From Clostridia bacterium (lineage in GTDB: Bacteria > Bacillota > Clostridia > Oscillospirales > CAG-272), in contig JAFYOX010000107.1 of assembly GCA_017547755.1 (NCBI GenBank), positions 22,040-86,039 on the forward strand: 64,000 nt of DNA, read 5' to 3'. The first letter of the stretch is position 1. Each line of letters begins with the position of its first letter. This document shows positions 9,394-18,002 of this stretch, in pieces. The position numbers and the translations under genes are program-made. Below the pieces are notes generated by a model, which worked only from the letters and a program-made list of their open reading frames with translations, ran no database searches and was not told the DNA's origin.

Positions 9394-9422
9394 TTGCAAT
9401 TCCTCAATATACATGGTATAAT
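9394..9422 (+). promoter_or_regulatory. Candidate sigma-70 promoter for MBOAT operon 1
   Basis: TTGCAA, 17-nt spacer, TATAAT with an extended -10 TG (TGgTATAAT). Confidence 0.55.
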
Positions 9423-9456
9423 GTCCTAAATTCAGTCCGAAAAACGGGAGATTTTT

Positions 9457-10905
9457 ATGCTTTTTAATTCCATTGAGTTTCTGATTTTCTTCCCCATTGT
9501 CATTCTCGGATTTTTCGCACTTCCGCATCGGTTCCGGCGGTACTTCCTGCTGGCCGCAAGCTGCTATTTCTATATGTCCTTCATCCCGAAGTACATACTG
9601 ATCCTCCTCTTTACAACGCTTGTGGACTTCTTCGGTGCGCTCGGCGTCGAAAAAGCGCGGGAAGCGGGGAACAGGAAACTGAGTAAAACCTGTTTCCTGG
9701 TGGCCGTCTGTCTGAACGTCGGCCTGCTCGTTTTCTTCAAGTATCTCGGTCTTCTGGAAGATACCATCAATTTCTTCGGTCACATGATCGACATGAAGAC
9801 CGTTGTCCTTCCGGAAGTGGTTCTTCCGATCGGTATCTCCTTCCACACGTTCCAGAGCATGGGCTACCTCATCGACGTGTTCATGGGCAAGGAAAAGGCG
9901 GAAAAGAGCTTTATCGACTTTGCGCTCTTCCTGATGTTCTTCCCCCAGCTTGTTGCGGGGCCGATCGAACGAAGCGCCAACCTGTTCTCCCAGCTCAAGG
10001 CAGAACATTATATCCATTACGAAAACTTCTCCTACGGCGGCAAGATGATGCTCTGGGGGATGTTCAAGAAGGTCGTTGTTGCGGATAACCTTGCGATGTT
10101 CGCGGACGCAGTGTTCAACAATGTCCACGAGTACTCCGGCGGCGGTCTGATCATCGGGATCCTCGCGTTCACGATCCAGATCTACTGTGACTTCTCCGGC
10201 TACTCCGACATCGCCATCGGTGCGGCGCGCTGCATGGACATCCGTCTCATGAAGAACTTCGACACCCCGTATTTCTCCAGAAATGTCCCCGAATTCTGGC
10301 GCAGATGGCACATTTCGCTGTCCACATGGTTCAAGGACTACGTTTATATCCCGATGGGCGGCAACCGCGTCAGCAAGCCCCGCTGGATCTTCAACCAGAT
10401 GGTAACGTTCACCATCTCCGGTATCTGGCACGGCGCGGCGTTCACCTTCGTTGTATGGGGGATGCTCAACGGTGTGTACATCGTGATCTCCCGTTTCGTC
10501 AAGCCGATCCGTGACAAGATCAAGGAAGTGATCGGTCTTGCGAAGGCAAAGTGGATCGGCGACGGCATCGATATGATCGTGACCTTCTGCCTGATTTCGG
10601 TAACATGGGTCTTCTTCCGTGCGAACAGCTTCGCGGACGCGTTCTATGTGTTCGGCAATCTGTTCTCCGAAACGGTGGTCGACTTCCCGCACATCGCGGA
10701 TTTCCGAGGCTACATCGCACTCGGCGCACCGGTCCTGCTTCTCGCAGTCGATGCACTTACCAAGTTCCCGAAGGTTGCCGCATGGTATACGAAGCGCACG
10801 ATCCCGATGCAGTTCGTCCGCATCGCGTCCTATGCGATCATGCTCTTCATCATCGTCATCTTCGGCGCGTACGACAACAAGTCCTTTATCTACTTCCAGT
10901 TCTGA
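9457..10905 (+). CDS. MBOAT family O-acyltransferase (AlgI/DltB-like)
   Basis: 482 aa and polytopic. MLFNSIEFLIFFP start. FW(R)RWHISLS..W..DYVYIPMGG with the conserved His motif. Confidence 0.9.
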   Translation: MLFNSIEFLIFFPIVILGFFALPHRFRRYFLLAASCYFYMSFIPKYILILLFTTLVDFFGALGVEKAREAGNRKLSKTCFLVAVCLNVGLLVFFKYLGLLEDTINFFGHMIDMKTVVLPEVVLPIGISFHTFQSMGYLIDVFMGKEKAEKSFIDFALFLMFFPQLVAGPIERSANLFSQLKAEHYIHYENFSYGGKMMLWGMFKKVVVADNLAMFADAVFNNVHEYSGGGLIIGILAFTIQIYCDFSGYSDIAIGAARCMDIRLMKNFDTPYFSRNVPEFWRRWHISLSTWFKDYVYIPMGGNRVSKPRWIFNQMVTFTISGIWHGAAFTFVVWGMLNGVYIVISRFVKPIRDKIKEVIGLAKAKWIGDGIDMIVTFCLISVTWVFFRANSFADAFYVFGNLFSETVVDFPHIADFRGYIALGAPVLLLAVDALTKFPKVAAWYTKRTIPMQFVRIASYAIMLFIIVIFGAYDNKSFIYFQF

Positions 10906-10938
10906 TCCCCAACACTTTTACGGAGGTAACACATCCTT

Positions 10939-12303
10939 ATGACAGAAAAACATGAACTGCGCAGTCTGCCGATCATTTTCATCAAAGGTTTGATCGTGGT
11001 CGCTCTCGCTTTTCTGATGGCATTCGGACTCAACAGCGCGATGCAGTCCTTCCTGGACGATGAAGTTGCGGTCGTACAGGCGGCAGCGGAACGTGCGGCG
11101 AAGATCGAGGCGGCACTGGCGGCTGCCGAAAACGAAGCGCAGGCGAAGCGTCTTGCGGCGGAACTGGCGGTCAAGGAAGCGGAGCAGTACGAAGAATTCT
11201 ATCAGAAGTACAAGACCCGTCACTGCTACCACTACTACGGTCAGTTCTACGAAATGTTCGAAAATATGTATAATGCCGATACCATTTTCATCGGTACGTC
11301 CCATACGGCGCACGGCGTCAATCCGCTGTATATGGAAGAAGTCATGCCCGAAAAATCGTGGTTCAACTTCGCCCTGAACGGCTCCAACCCCCAGTACTAT
11401 CTCGACTGGTGGAAGGTTTTCCTGGAATCCGGTTATCCGATCCCGGAAACCATCGTCTACTGTGTCGACTGGTTCATGTGCGACGACGGCTGGCTCTGGC
11501 GCCGCATCGACTTTGACACCAACCCCGACTGCCCGGTCGATATCATGCGCAAGATCAAGACCGCGGAAAAGCGCAAGGAAGCTGTGGAAAATCACAACGC
11601 CAAGGTGGAAGGCGGAACCGTGACGACGGAAACCGAAACGGTTGAAAAGACGGAAACGCCCGAAAAGATCAACTGGTTTGACATCGACGAAGCGACCACC
11701 TACCTGTTCAGCCGGATTCCGATCATCTATTCCCGTGACCGTATCCCGGAAATGATCGAATACTACCGAAACGGCGGCACGTTCGAAACCGAGGAAGAGG
11801 AAGTCGACCTCGACGCCCTTCTTGCCGCGACCGATGACGAAGCACCGCTTCCGGAAGTTCCGGTTTATAAACACGAACATCAGGCGGACCAGGACAACAA
11901 CATCACCAGCTCCTACTACAAGGGATATATTCCGTGGGAACGCGGCTACAACGGCGGCACCGTAGCACAGATGTGCAACGACCGCGAATCCCAGTGGCAG
12001 GCGTTTGAAAAGCTTCTCGACATCTTCAAGGAAAACGACATCCATGTCGTCTTCGTGGAAGTTCCGGAATACGTCAACGGACGCCGCGAAAACAAGATGG
12101 AAAAAAACAATGACCGCATCGAAGAAATTGCCGAAAAGTATGGCATTACCTTCTACAACTACAACGAAGAACTGTACGGCGAAATCAACGAAAGCCCGAC
12201 CAACTTCTCCGACTGGGGTCACATGAACACCAAGGGAAGCACCGCCTTCTCCAAGCTCCTCGCACAGGACCTGAAAGAATATTTTGATAATCTGGAAGAT
12301 TGA
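10939..12303 (+). CDS. MBOAT-associated extracytoplasmic SGNH/DltD-AlgX-like protein (N-terminal TM + Ala/Glu coiled coil)
   Basis: 454 aa. One N-terminal TM segment, an AAAERAAKIEAALAAAENEAQAKRLAAELAVKEAEQ coil, IFIGTSHTAHG (block I-like), and a C-terminal SDWGHMNTKG (D..H block). Lies immediately downstream of the MBOAT gene. Confidence 0.6.
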   Translation: MTEKHELRSLPIIFIKGLIVVALAFLMAFGLNSAMQSFLDDEVAVVQAAAERAAKIEAALAAAENEAQAKRLAAELAVKEAEQYEEFYQKYKTRHCYHYYGQFYEMFENMYNADTIFIGTSHTAHGVNPLYMEEVMPEKSWFNFALNGSNPQYYLDWWKVFLESGYPIPETIVYCVDWFMCDDGWLWRRIDFDTNPDCPVDIMRKIKTAEKRKEAVENHNAKVEGGTVTTETETVEKTETPEKINWFDIDEATTYLFSRIPIIYSRDRIPEMIEYYRNGGTFETEEEEVDLDALLAATDDEAPLPEVPVYKHEHQADQDNNITSSYYKGYIPWERGYNGGTVAQMCNDRESQWQAFEKLLDIFKENDIHVVFVEVPEYVNGRRENKMEKNNDRIEEIAEKYGITFYNYNEELYGEINESPTNFSDWGHMNTKGSTAFSKLLAQDLKEYFDNLED

Positions 12304-12311
12304 TTTTTCTC

Positions 12312-12401
12312 GGGGAAACCTTTTTTGAAAAAAGGTTTCCCCGAACCCTTTCCAAAAAACTTTATACTATGAAAAAAGACAAAGTAAGTGCAAATTTGAA
12401 G
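12312..12401 (+). repeat. Dispersed palindromic repeat, copy B (core + tail + distal box)
   Basis: Core GGGGAAACCTTTTTTGAAAAAAGGTTTCCCC at 12312-12342. Tail GAACCCTTTCCAAAAAACTTTATAC at 12343-12367. Distal box GACAAAGTAAGTGCAAATTTGAAG at 12378-12401. Confidence 0.9.
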
Positions 12402-12437
12402 AAATAAAACGGCTGTATAGTTTACAGAATTTTATAA

Positions 12438-12552
12438 CTTCAAATCTGCACAAACTTTGTCTGTCATTTTTGTTTGAATGTTTTTGAAAAGGGGGGCAGC
12501 TCCGATTTGCGGAGCAAATCGGGGAAAAACTTTTTTCAAAAAGTTTTTCCCC
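12438..12552 (-). repeat. Dispersed palindromic repeat, copy C (inverted relative to B; has an inserted GC hairpin)
   Basis: Distal box at 12438-12461 (reverse complement GACAAAGTTTGTGCAGATTTGAAG). Reversed tail GTTTTTGAAAAGGGG. Hairpin GCTCCG-ATTTG-CGGAGC at 12499-12515. Core GGGGAAAAACTTTTTTCAAAAAGTTTTTCCCC at 12521-12552. Confidence 0.9.
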
Positions 12553-12564
12553 GGAAAACTCCAT

Positions 12565-13449
12565 TCAGCAAAGACCGGCGAGCTTGTCGGCGGGTGCTTC
12601 TTCGGGCGTGAAGCCGCTGTAGCCGAGCTGGGGCATTGCTTCGATTGCCGCGCGGTCTTCGGCGGAGATTTCGAAATCGAAGACTTCAGCGTTCTGGGTG
12701 ATGCGTTCCGCGTTTGTGGACTTCGGAAGGGGAAGGATGCCGTAGTCGAGGGAGAGACGGATGCAGAGCTGAGCAACGGACTTGTTGTACTTTGCCGCGA
12801 TCTTTGCAAGGGTTTCATCCTTCAGAACGGTGCCGCTTCCGAGCGGGCTCCATGCTTCCACGAGGATGCCCTTCTTCTGGTTGTAGCGGATGTTGTCGAG
12901 CTGCATATAGCCGGGGTGGAATTCGAGCTGGTTGACCATCGGCATGATTTCCGCGGTCTTTGCGAGCGCTTCGATCTGCTTTTCTTCGTAGTTGCTGACG
13001 CCGATCGCTCGGAGCTTGCCGGCCTTGTACATCGCTTCAAAGCCGCGCCACGTGTCCGCGTTGATTTCCGCCCATGCCGGATTGCTCAGTTCCACGCACG
13101 GCCAGTGAACGAGGTAGAGGTCGATGTAGTCGAGCCCGAGGTTTTTCAGGGATTCGTCCACCGCTTCGACGGTCTTCTGATAACCGCGGAAGGTGACCCA
13201 GTGCTTGGTCGTTACGAAAATATCTTCGCGCTTTACGCCGGACGCACGGATACCGTCGCCGACGCCGATTTCGTTGGCGTAGCCCCATGCGGTGTCCACG
13301 TGACGGTAGCCGAGATCGATTGCGGTCTTTACGAGATCCGCAGTCACATCGTTCGGAGTCTGCCAGGTACCGTAGCCGATCGCGGGGATCTTCACGCCGT
13401 TCGACAGGGTGTAGCAGTCGGTCAGAGAGGTAGGAAGATAAATGCTCAT
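12565..13449 (-). CDS. Aldo/keto reductase (2,5-diketo-D-gluconate reductase-like)
   Basis: 294 aa. GYGTWQ, GYRHVDTA, LDYIDLYLVHWP and IPKS-type motifs. Confidence 0.9.
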   Translation of the reverse strand: MSIYLPTSLTDCYTLSNGVKIPAIGYGTWQTPNDVTADLVKTAIDLGYRHVDTAWGYANEIGVGDGIRASGVKREDIFVTTKHWVTFRGYQKTVEAVDESLKNLGLDYIDLYLVHWPCVELSNPAWAEINADTWRGFEAMYKAGKLRAIGVSNYEEKQIEALAKTAEIMPMVNQLEFHPGYMQLDNIRYNQKKGILVEAWSPLGSGTVLKDETLAKIAAKYNKSVAQLCIRLSLDYGILPLPKSTNAERITQNAEVFDFEISAEDRAAIEAMPQLGYSGFTPEEAPADKLAGLC

Positions 13450-13607
13450 AATAGGAATTTCCTTTCTGGATGTTCAGTTTTGTTAAAGTAAGTTTACCAT
13501 ATACACACGCGAATTTCAATGCAATTTCCGGAAAATAAAAATTTCTGAGGAAATTTCCGAACCGTTTTCGTTTTTCCGACACTATATGGATGAAAGGGGG
13601 ATGCAGT

Positions 13608-15005
13608 ATGAACCGATCCGAACAGATTCTTGAAACGTATATGCAGCCGGTGTTTTATTTCGCCCTGCGGAAAACTTCCAGCCGGGAAGAGGCGGAAGAT
13701 TTTACCCATAATGTGATGCTCGACGTTCTCACCGCGCTCGGCAGAGGCTTCACGCCGGACAATGAGCGCGCGTGGGTGTGGAAAATTGCACGGAATCACT
13801 ACGCAAAATGGGCGGCACGGCAGACGAATGTGCGGCAGACGCTCGACGCGGACGAGATCCGCGAGACCGTATCCGACGGTTCCCTTGTGGAAGACGGACT
13901 TCTTCGGGAAGAGGAGACCGCACTTCTCTACCGGGAACTCGCGCTTCTGTCCCGGGATTACCGCACCATTGTCTGCGAATACTACTTCAAAAACCGGACG
14001 CTGGCGGATATTGCAGAGTCGCTCGGACTTCCCCACGGAACCGTAAAACGAAAAATTTCCGAATGCCGGAAACATCTGAAGGAGGCAATCAACATGGCAA
14101 GAACTTACGGAAAACGCAGTTTCGCACCCGAACTCATCGAATTCGGACAGAACTGGGATCCCACGACCGGAAAGGACGGAAGACGCTACGTCGAGCACCT
14201 GCTGGCGCAGAACATCCTGCTCGAAGCGTACGACAACCCCAGTACGGCGGAAGACCTGTGTCTCGCGCTCGGCATTGCGATGCCGTACATGGAGGACGAG
14301 CTGAATTTCCTCATGGAAGGCGAACTGCTGACCTGTGAAAGCGGGAAGTATCGCACGAATATCGTGATCCTGTCGAAGGAAGTACAGGAAAACATTTACG
14401 CGCTTGCGCTGGAATATGTGGACGAAATGGCGGAACTCGTGAAAAAAGCCGTCACGGAAGTTTATGAAAAGCCCGAATGTCCGAAAAAATTGTCGTTTGA
14501 CGACATGAAACTTACGCTCGTCGAACGTGTGATGAACGTCCGCGTGAAGGAAGATGTGAAAAATTTAAGCGGACCTCACATGATCAGACATAAAGACGGC
14601 AGCAAATGGGCACTCGCCGGATTCGAAAAGACGGATGTCAGTCAGGTGTGGCTGGAAGTCTGGGGATGGGATTATACGCAGATCATTATCCTTGGCAACC
14701 GTGGGAACTGGGATGAATTCGAATTCGACTGGTCGAAGGTTCCTGTTTTTGCAGAAGACAGTCTGGAAAACCTGTTTGTCACCACGCACAGTTTAGCGGT
14801 TGACGACCTGTACGACGACTACCTCGCCCGCCGTCACGCGCTTCTCATGGCGGATATCCCGACGTATCTTCACGGCAAAACGACCATCATGAGCAACGTC
14901 GATTTCCGCAAACTGGTGATCGACCGCCTGATCGAAACCGGCTGGATCACGCTTGCGCCCGACATGAACAAATCCGAAATGGGCGTGTGGAAGTACGCGG
15001 AATAA
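13608..15005 (+). CDS. Sigma-70/ECF-like sigma factor with a ~290-aa C-terminal extension (paralog of 60086..61627)
   Basis: Region 2 (EAEDFTHNVMLDVL, WVWKIARNHYAKW) and region 4 HTH (RTLADIAESLGLPHGTVKRKISECRKHLK), followed by a long soluble extension. The ATG at 13608 has an AAAGGGGGA SD. The track start at 13590 lacks one. Confidence 0.8.
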   Translation: MNRSEQILETYMQPVFYFALRKTSSREEAEDFTHNVMLDVLTALGRGFTPDNERAWVWKIARNHYAKWAARQTNVRQTLDADEIRETVSDGSLVEDGLLREEETALLYRELALLSRDYRTIVCEYYFKNRTLADIAESLGLPHGTVKRKISECRKHLKEAINMARTYGKRSFAPELIEFGQNWDPTTGKDGRRYVEHLLAQNILLEAYDNPSTAEDLCLALGIAMPYMEDELNFLMEGELLTCESGKYRTNIVILSKEVQENIYALALEYVDEMAELVKKAVTEVYEKPECPKKLSFDDMKLTLVERVMNVRVKEDVKNLSGPHMIRHKDGSKWALAGFEKTDVSQVWLEVWGWDYTQIIILGNRGNWDEFEFDWSKVPVFAEDSLENLFVTTHSLAVDDLYDDYLARRHALLMADIPTYLHGKTTIMSNVDFRKLVIDRLIETGWITLAPDMNKSEMGVWKYAE

Positions 15006-15007
15006 AG

Positions 15008-15034
15008 AAAATCCCCTCACCGAGAGGGGATTTT
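15008..15034. terminator. Bidirectional Rho-independent terminator between convergent genes
   Basis: AAAATCCCCTC-ACCGA-GAGGGGATTTT. Confidence 0.8.
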
Positions 15035-15037
15035 TGC

Positions 15038-16543
15038 TTACATCTTATTAAAAATCGGTTCCAGTGCGTGGTAGCATTCGTCGAAGCGTGCCTGCATTTC
15101 CCGATAGACCGCGCGGTCAGCGCCGCACGGTTCAAACCGGCTGACATTCTGCAGGAATTTATCGATCACGCTGAAATCCGCGAAGGCTCTGATGCCGACG
15201 CCTGCCGTGATCGCGGCACCCATCGACGCGGCTTCCTCGAGATAATTCGGCACGTTCAGCGGGAGTCCGAAAATGTCCGACAGGATCTGCAGCCATGCCG
15301 GATTGCGTGCGCCGCCGCCGAGGACGATCAGCTCGGAGATCCGTTTTTCGGATCGGTTGAAGGCTTCGAGGATCATGTTGAGGTTGTAGCCGACCCCTTC
15401 CATGACCGCGCGGATCATATCCTCGCGGGTATGTTCGAACGTCAGACCGATGTAGGCGCCCTTGGCGTGATTGTTCCAGCGCGGACTGCGTTCGCCGAGC
15501 AGGTACGGCAGGAACATCAGCCCCTTCGCACCGGCAGGGGATACTCCTGCACAGCGGTTGACGTCCGCATAGACGGCGTTTTTGTCGTCCGTGCGGTCCT
15601 TGTACAGTTCCCGCACCGCCCAGCTCATCGAACCGCCGCCGCACTGCATCGGACCGCACGGCATATAGTACCCCGGCACGATGTGCGCGAGGCTGAACGA
15701 GATCATGCCGTCGTTCACGATCGGATCGCGGGAGGCAAACGATATCCACGACGATGTGCCGAGGGAAAGATTTGCAACGCCTTCCTTTGTGATGCCGCTG
15801 CCGACCGCCGCACAGGGACCGTCCCCGCCGCCGGTGACAACGGGCGTTCCTGCTGGAAGTCCGCATTGTGCCGCCGCTTCCGCCGTGACATGTCCGGCGA
15901 CCGAAACGGACGGGACGATGTCGGGATATTTTTCACGATCGAGACCGCAGATCTCCAGCAGTTCGTCCGACCACTGCAGTTTTTTGATGTCCATCAGCCC
16001 GACGCCGGATGCGTCCGAGGGATCGGTCAGGAATTCGCCGGTCAGCCGGAGGATGATATAGTCCTTCGCGTTGAGCGTTTTGTAGGTTTTCCGGTAGGTT
16101 TCCGGTTCGTGTTCCTTCAGCCACATCAGCTTCGGCGCGCTGTAGGACGCACTGAGACGCTGTCCGGTGAGGTAATAATACGCTTCATCGGAAATCTGCC
16201 GGCGGATGCGTTCTTCCTCCGCAGAGGATCGGAGATCCGCCCAGATCAGCGAATCTCGCACCGGAACGCCGTCCCGGTCAACGCAGAGACAGCCCATCAT
16301 ATGGCCGCTGAACGAGACCGCTTCGATGTCCGACGGCACGATCTTTGCCTTTTCGATGAGCTGACGGGTGGTTTCGCAGACGGCGCGCCACCAGTCGTCC
16401 GCATTCTGCTCGGCGCGGTGTCCCGCAGAGACGTTCAGACCGTAGGAATACACGGTACTTTCCACAAGTACGCCGTCCGTTGTGAACAGCGTCGCCTTGT
16501 TGCCGGAGGTACCGAGGTCGTGTGCAAGCAAATAGGATGCCAT
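15038..16543 (-). CDS. FGGY-family carbohydrate kinase (xylulokinase/glycerol kinase-like)
   Basis: MASYLLAHDLGTSGNKATLF start preceded by AAGGATGGAG. The track start at 16639 reads through repeat copy D. GGGARN..W motif near the C-terminus. Confidence 0.85.
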   Translation of the reverse strand: MASYLLAHDLGTSGNKATLFTTDGVLVESTVYSYGLNVSAGHRAEQNADDWWRAVCETTRQLIEKAKIVPSDIEAVSFSGHMMGCLCVDRDGVPVRDSLIWADLRSSAEEERIRRQISDEAYYYLTGQRLSASYSAPKLMWLKEHEPETYRKTYKTLNAKDYIILRLTGEFLTDPSDASGVGLMDIKKLQWSDELLEICGLDREKYPDIVPSVSVAGHVTAEAAAQCGLPAGTPVVTGGGDGPCAAVGSGITKEGVANLSLGTSSWISFASRDPIVNDGMISFSLAHIVPGYYMPCGPMQCGGGSMSWAVRELYKDRTDDKNAVYADVNRCAGVSPAGAKGLMFLPYLLGERSPRWNNHAKGAYIGLTFEHTREDMIRAVMEGVGYNLNMILEAFNRSEKRISELIVLGGGARNPAWLQILSDIFGLPLNVPNYLEEAASMGAAITAGVGIRAFADFSVIDKFLQNVSRFEPCGADRAVYREMQARFDECYHALEPIFNKM

Positions 16544-16599
16544 GATTTTTCTCCATCCTTGTATGTTTTTTTCCATTATAGCATATTTGAAGAGACGTT

Positions 16600-16651
16600 G
16601 GGGGAACTTTTTGAAAAAAGTCGGAGCCAAATTCCGCAATAACTTTCAGTC
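16600..16651 (+). repeat. Dispersed palindromic repeat, copy D (degenerate, right arm replaced by a small hairpin)
   Basis: GGGGGAACTTTTTGAAAAAAGT, then CGGA-GCCAAAT-TCCG, then CAATAACTTTCAGTC. Confidence 0.6.
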
Positions 16652-16764
16652 GGAAAGGAAATCAACGGTTACTGGATTATTATACAAGGAATTGATAATT
16701 GCTTCTGCAGGATACGCGTGCTATAATGGGGGCACACCGGTGATATTTTATTTGGGAGGCAATT

Positions 16765-17928
16765 ATGCAGATTAAAATCGGCGACAAGATCCGTGAACTG
16801 CGGCGCCGTGACGGACGGCGTCAGGAAGACCTTGCGAATGCGCTCGGCGTGACCTGTCAGGCGGTCTCGCGCTGGGAGGCAAACGGCGGATATCCGGACA
16901 TGGAGATGATCCCGGCGATCTCGAATTATTTCGGGATCACGATCGACGAGCTGTTCGGTTATCACAGCGACCGCGAAACAAAAATCGATGCGATTCTCCG
17001 GAGGGTGGACGCGTACGATCTGAAGCACGACGGTGACGACGGCTGGGTGGACGACTGTCTTGCCATCCTTCGGGAAGGACTGGCGGAATTTCCCGGCAAT
17101 GAGCGGCTCCGGATCACCCTTGCGGAAACGCTGTGGGAAGCCGGATGGCGGCGGCACAGGGACTGGATCGGGTACGATGAAGACGGATTCATCCGGTACT
17201 GCTACGACCGGGAACGGAAAAACAGATACTGGGCGGAAGCGGAGAAGCTCTGCTGTCAGCTGATCGAAGAAAGCGGGAACAATGCGGTCTTCAGCCGGGC
17301 GGTGGCGGTGCTGGTGCCGCTGTACCGGAATTACGGGGAGTACGAAAAGGCGATCTCTCTTGCGAAGCGGATGCCGGGACTGGAACACAGCCGGGAATAT
17401 CTGCTCACCGAAGCGACGGACGGCCGTGCGGAAGCCGGATACATCGGAGAATTCCTTCTGAAAACAGCGAAGGAATTTTCCGAACAGATGATTTTCTCCC
17501 TGATCTCCGACCTCGGAAATTTCGAAAGCGATCTGCCTCTGGAAAAGGTAAAGGGAGCGATCGCGCTTTTCGATCTGATCTGCGACGACGGGAATCTGGG
17601 GATCTATCACGATTTTGTCCTCAAGCTCTGGCTGTATCTCTCGCGCCTGCAGTGGGAACGCGGGTACCGTGACGACGCGTTTGTTTCCCTTGACGAAGCA
17701 TTGAAGCACGCGAAGGCATACGTATCCGCAGCCGACGGCGAAGAACACCGGCTCACGGCGCCGCTCGTCCGCTATGTGGAATACCGCGCGGATCCCGGAC
17801 GGAATATTGTCAGACAGCTTCCGGACGAATGGCCCTTCTGGTGCAATCCCGACTGCAGCCGTGCCGCAAAAGAGATCCGTGAGGATCCGCGCTGGCACGA
17901 CTGGGTGCGTCGGACTGGGGAGGAATGA
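16765..17928 (+). CDS. XRE-family HTH transcriptional regulator with a helical/TPR-like C-terminal domain
   Basis: N-terminal IRELRRRDGRRQEDLANALGVTCQAVSRWEANGGYPDMEMIPAISNYFGITIDELF. SD GGGAGG. Confidence 0.85.
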   Translation: MQIKIGDKIRELRRRDGRRQEDLANALGVTCQAVSRWEANGGYPDMEMIPAISNYFGITIDELFGYHSDRETKIDAILRRVDAYDLKHDGDDGWVDDCLAILREGLAEFPGNERLRITLAETLWEAGWRRHRDWIGYDEDGFIRYCYDRERKNRYWAEAEKLCCQLIEESGNNAVFSRAVAVLVPLYRNYGEYEKAISLAKRMPGLEHSREYLLTEATDGRAEAGYIGEFLLKTAKEFSEQMIFSLISDLGNFESDLPLEKVKGAIALFDLICDDGNLGIYHDFVLKLWLYLSRLQWERGYRDDAFVSLDEALKHAKAYVSAADGEEHRLTAPLVRYVEYRADPGRNIVRQLPDEWPFWCNPDCSRAAKEIREDPRWHDWVRRTGEE

Positions 17929-18002
17929 GCGTACAATCCTCTTTACAATGCCTCCGTTTTCCTGTATAATAAAGGCAGAATTACAAAAACGGAGGTAGGA
18001 TC

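Noticed and set aside
13453-13463. AGGAATTTCCT inverted repeat as an operator
   Set aside because: It coincides with the SD (AGGAAA) of the aldo/keto reductase on the minus strand, which is a simpler explanation.
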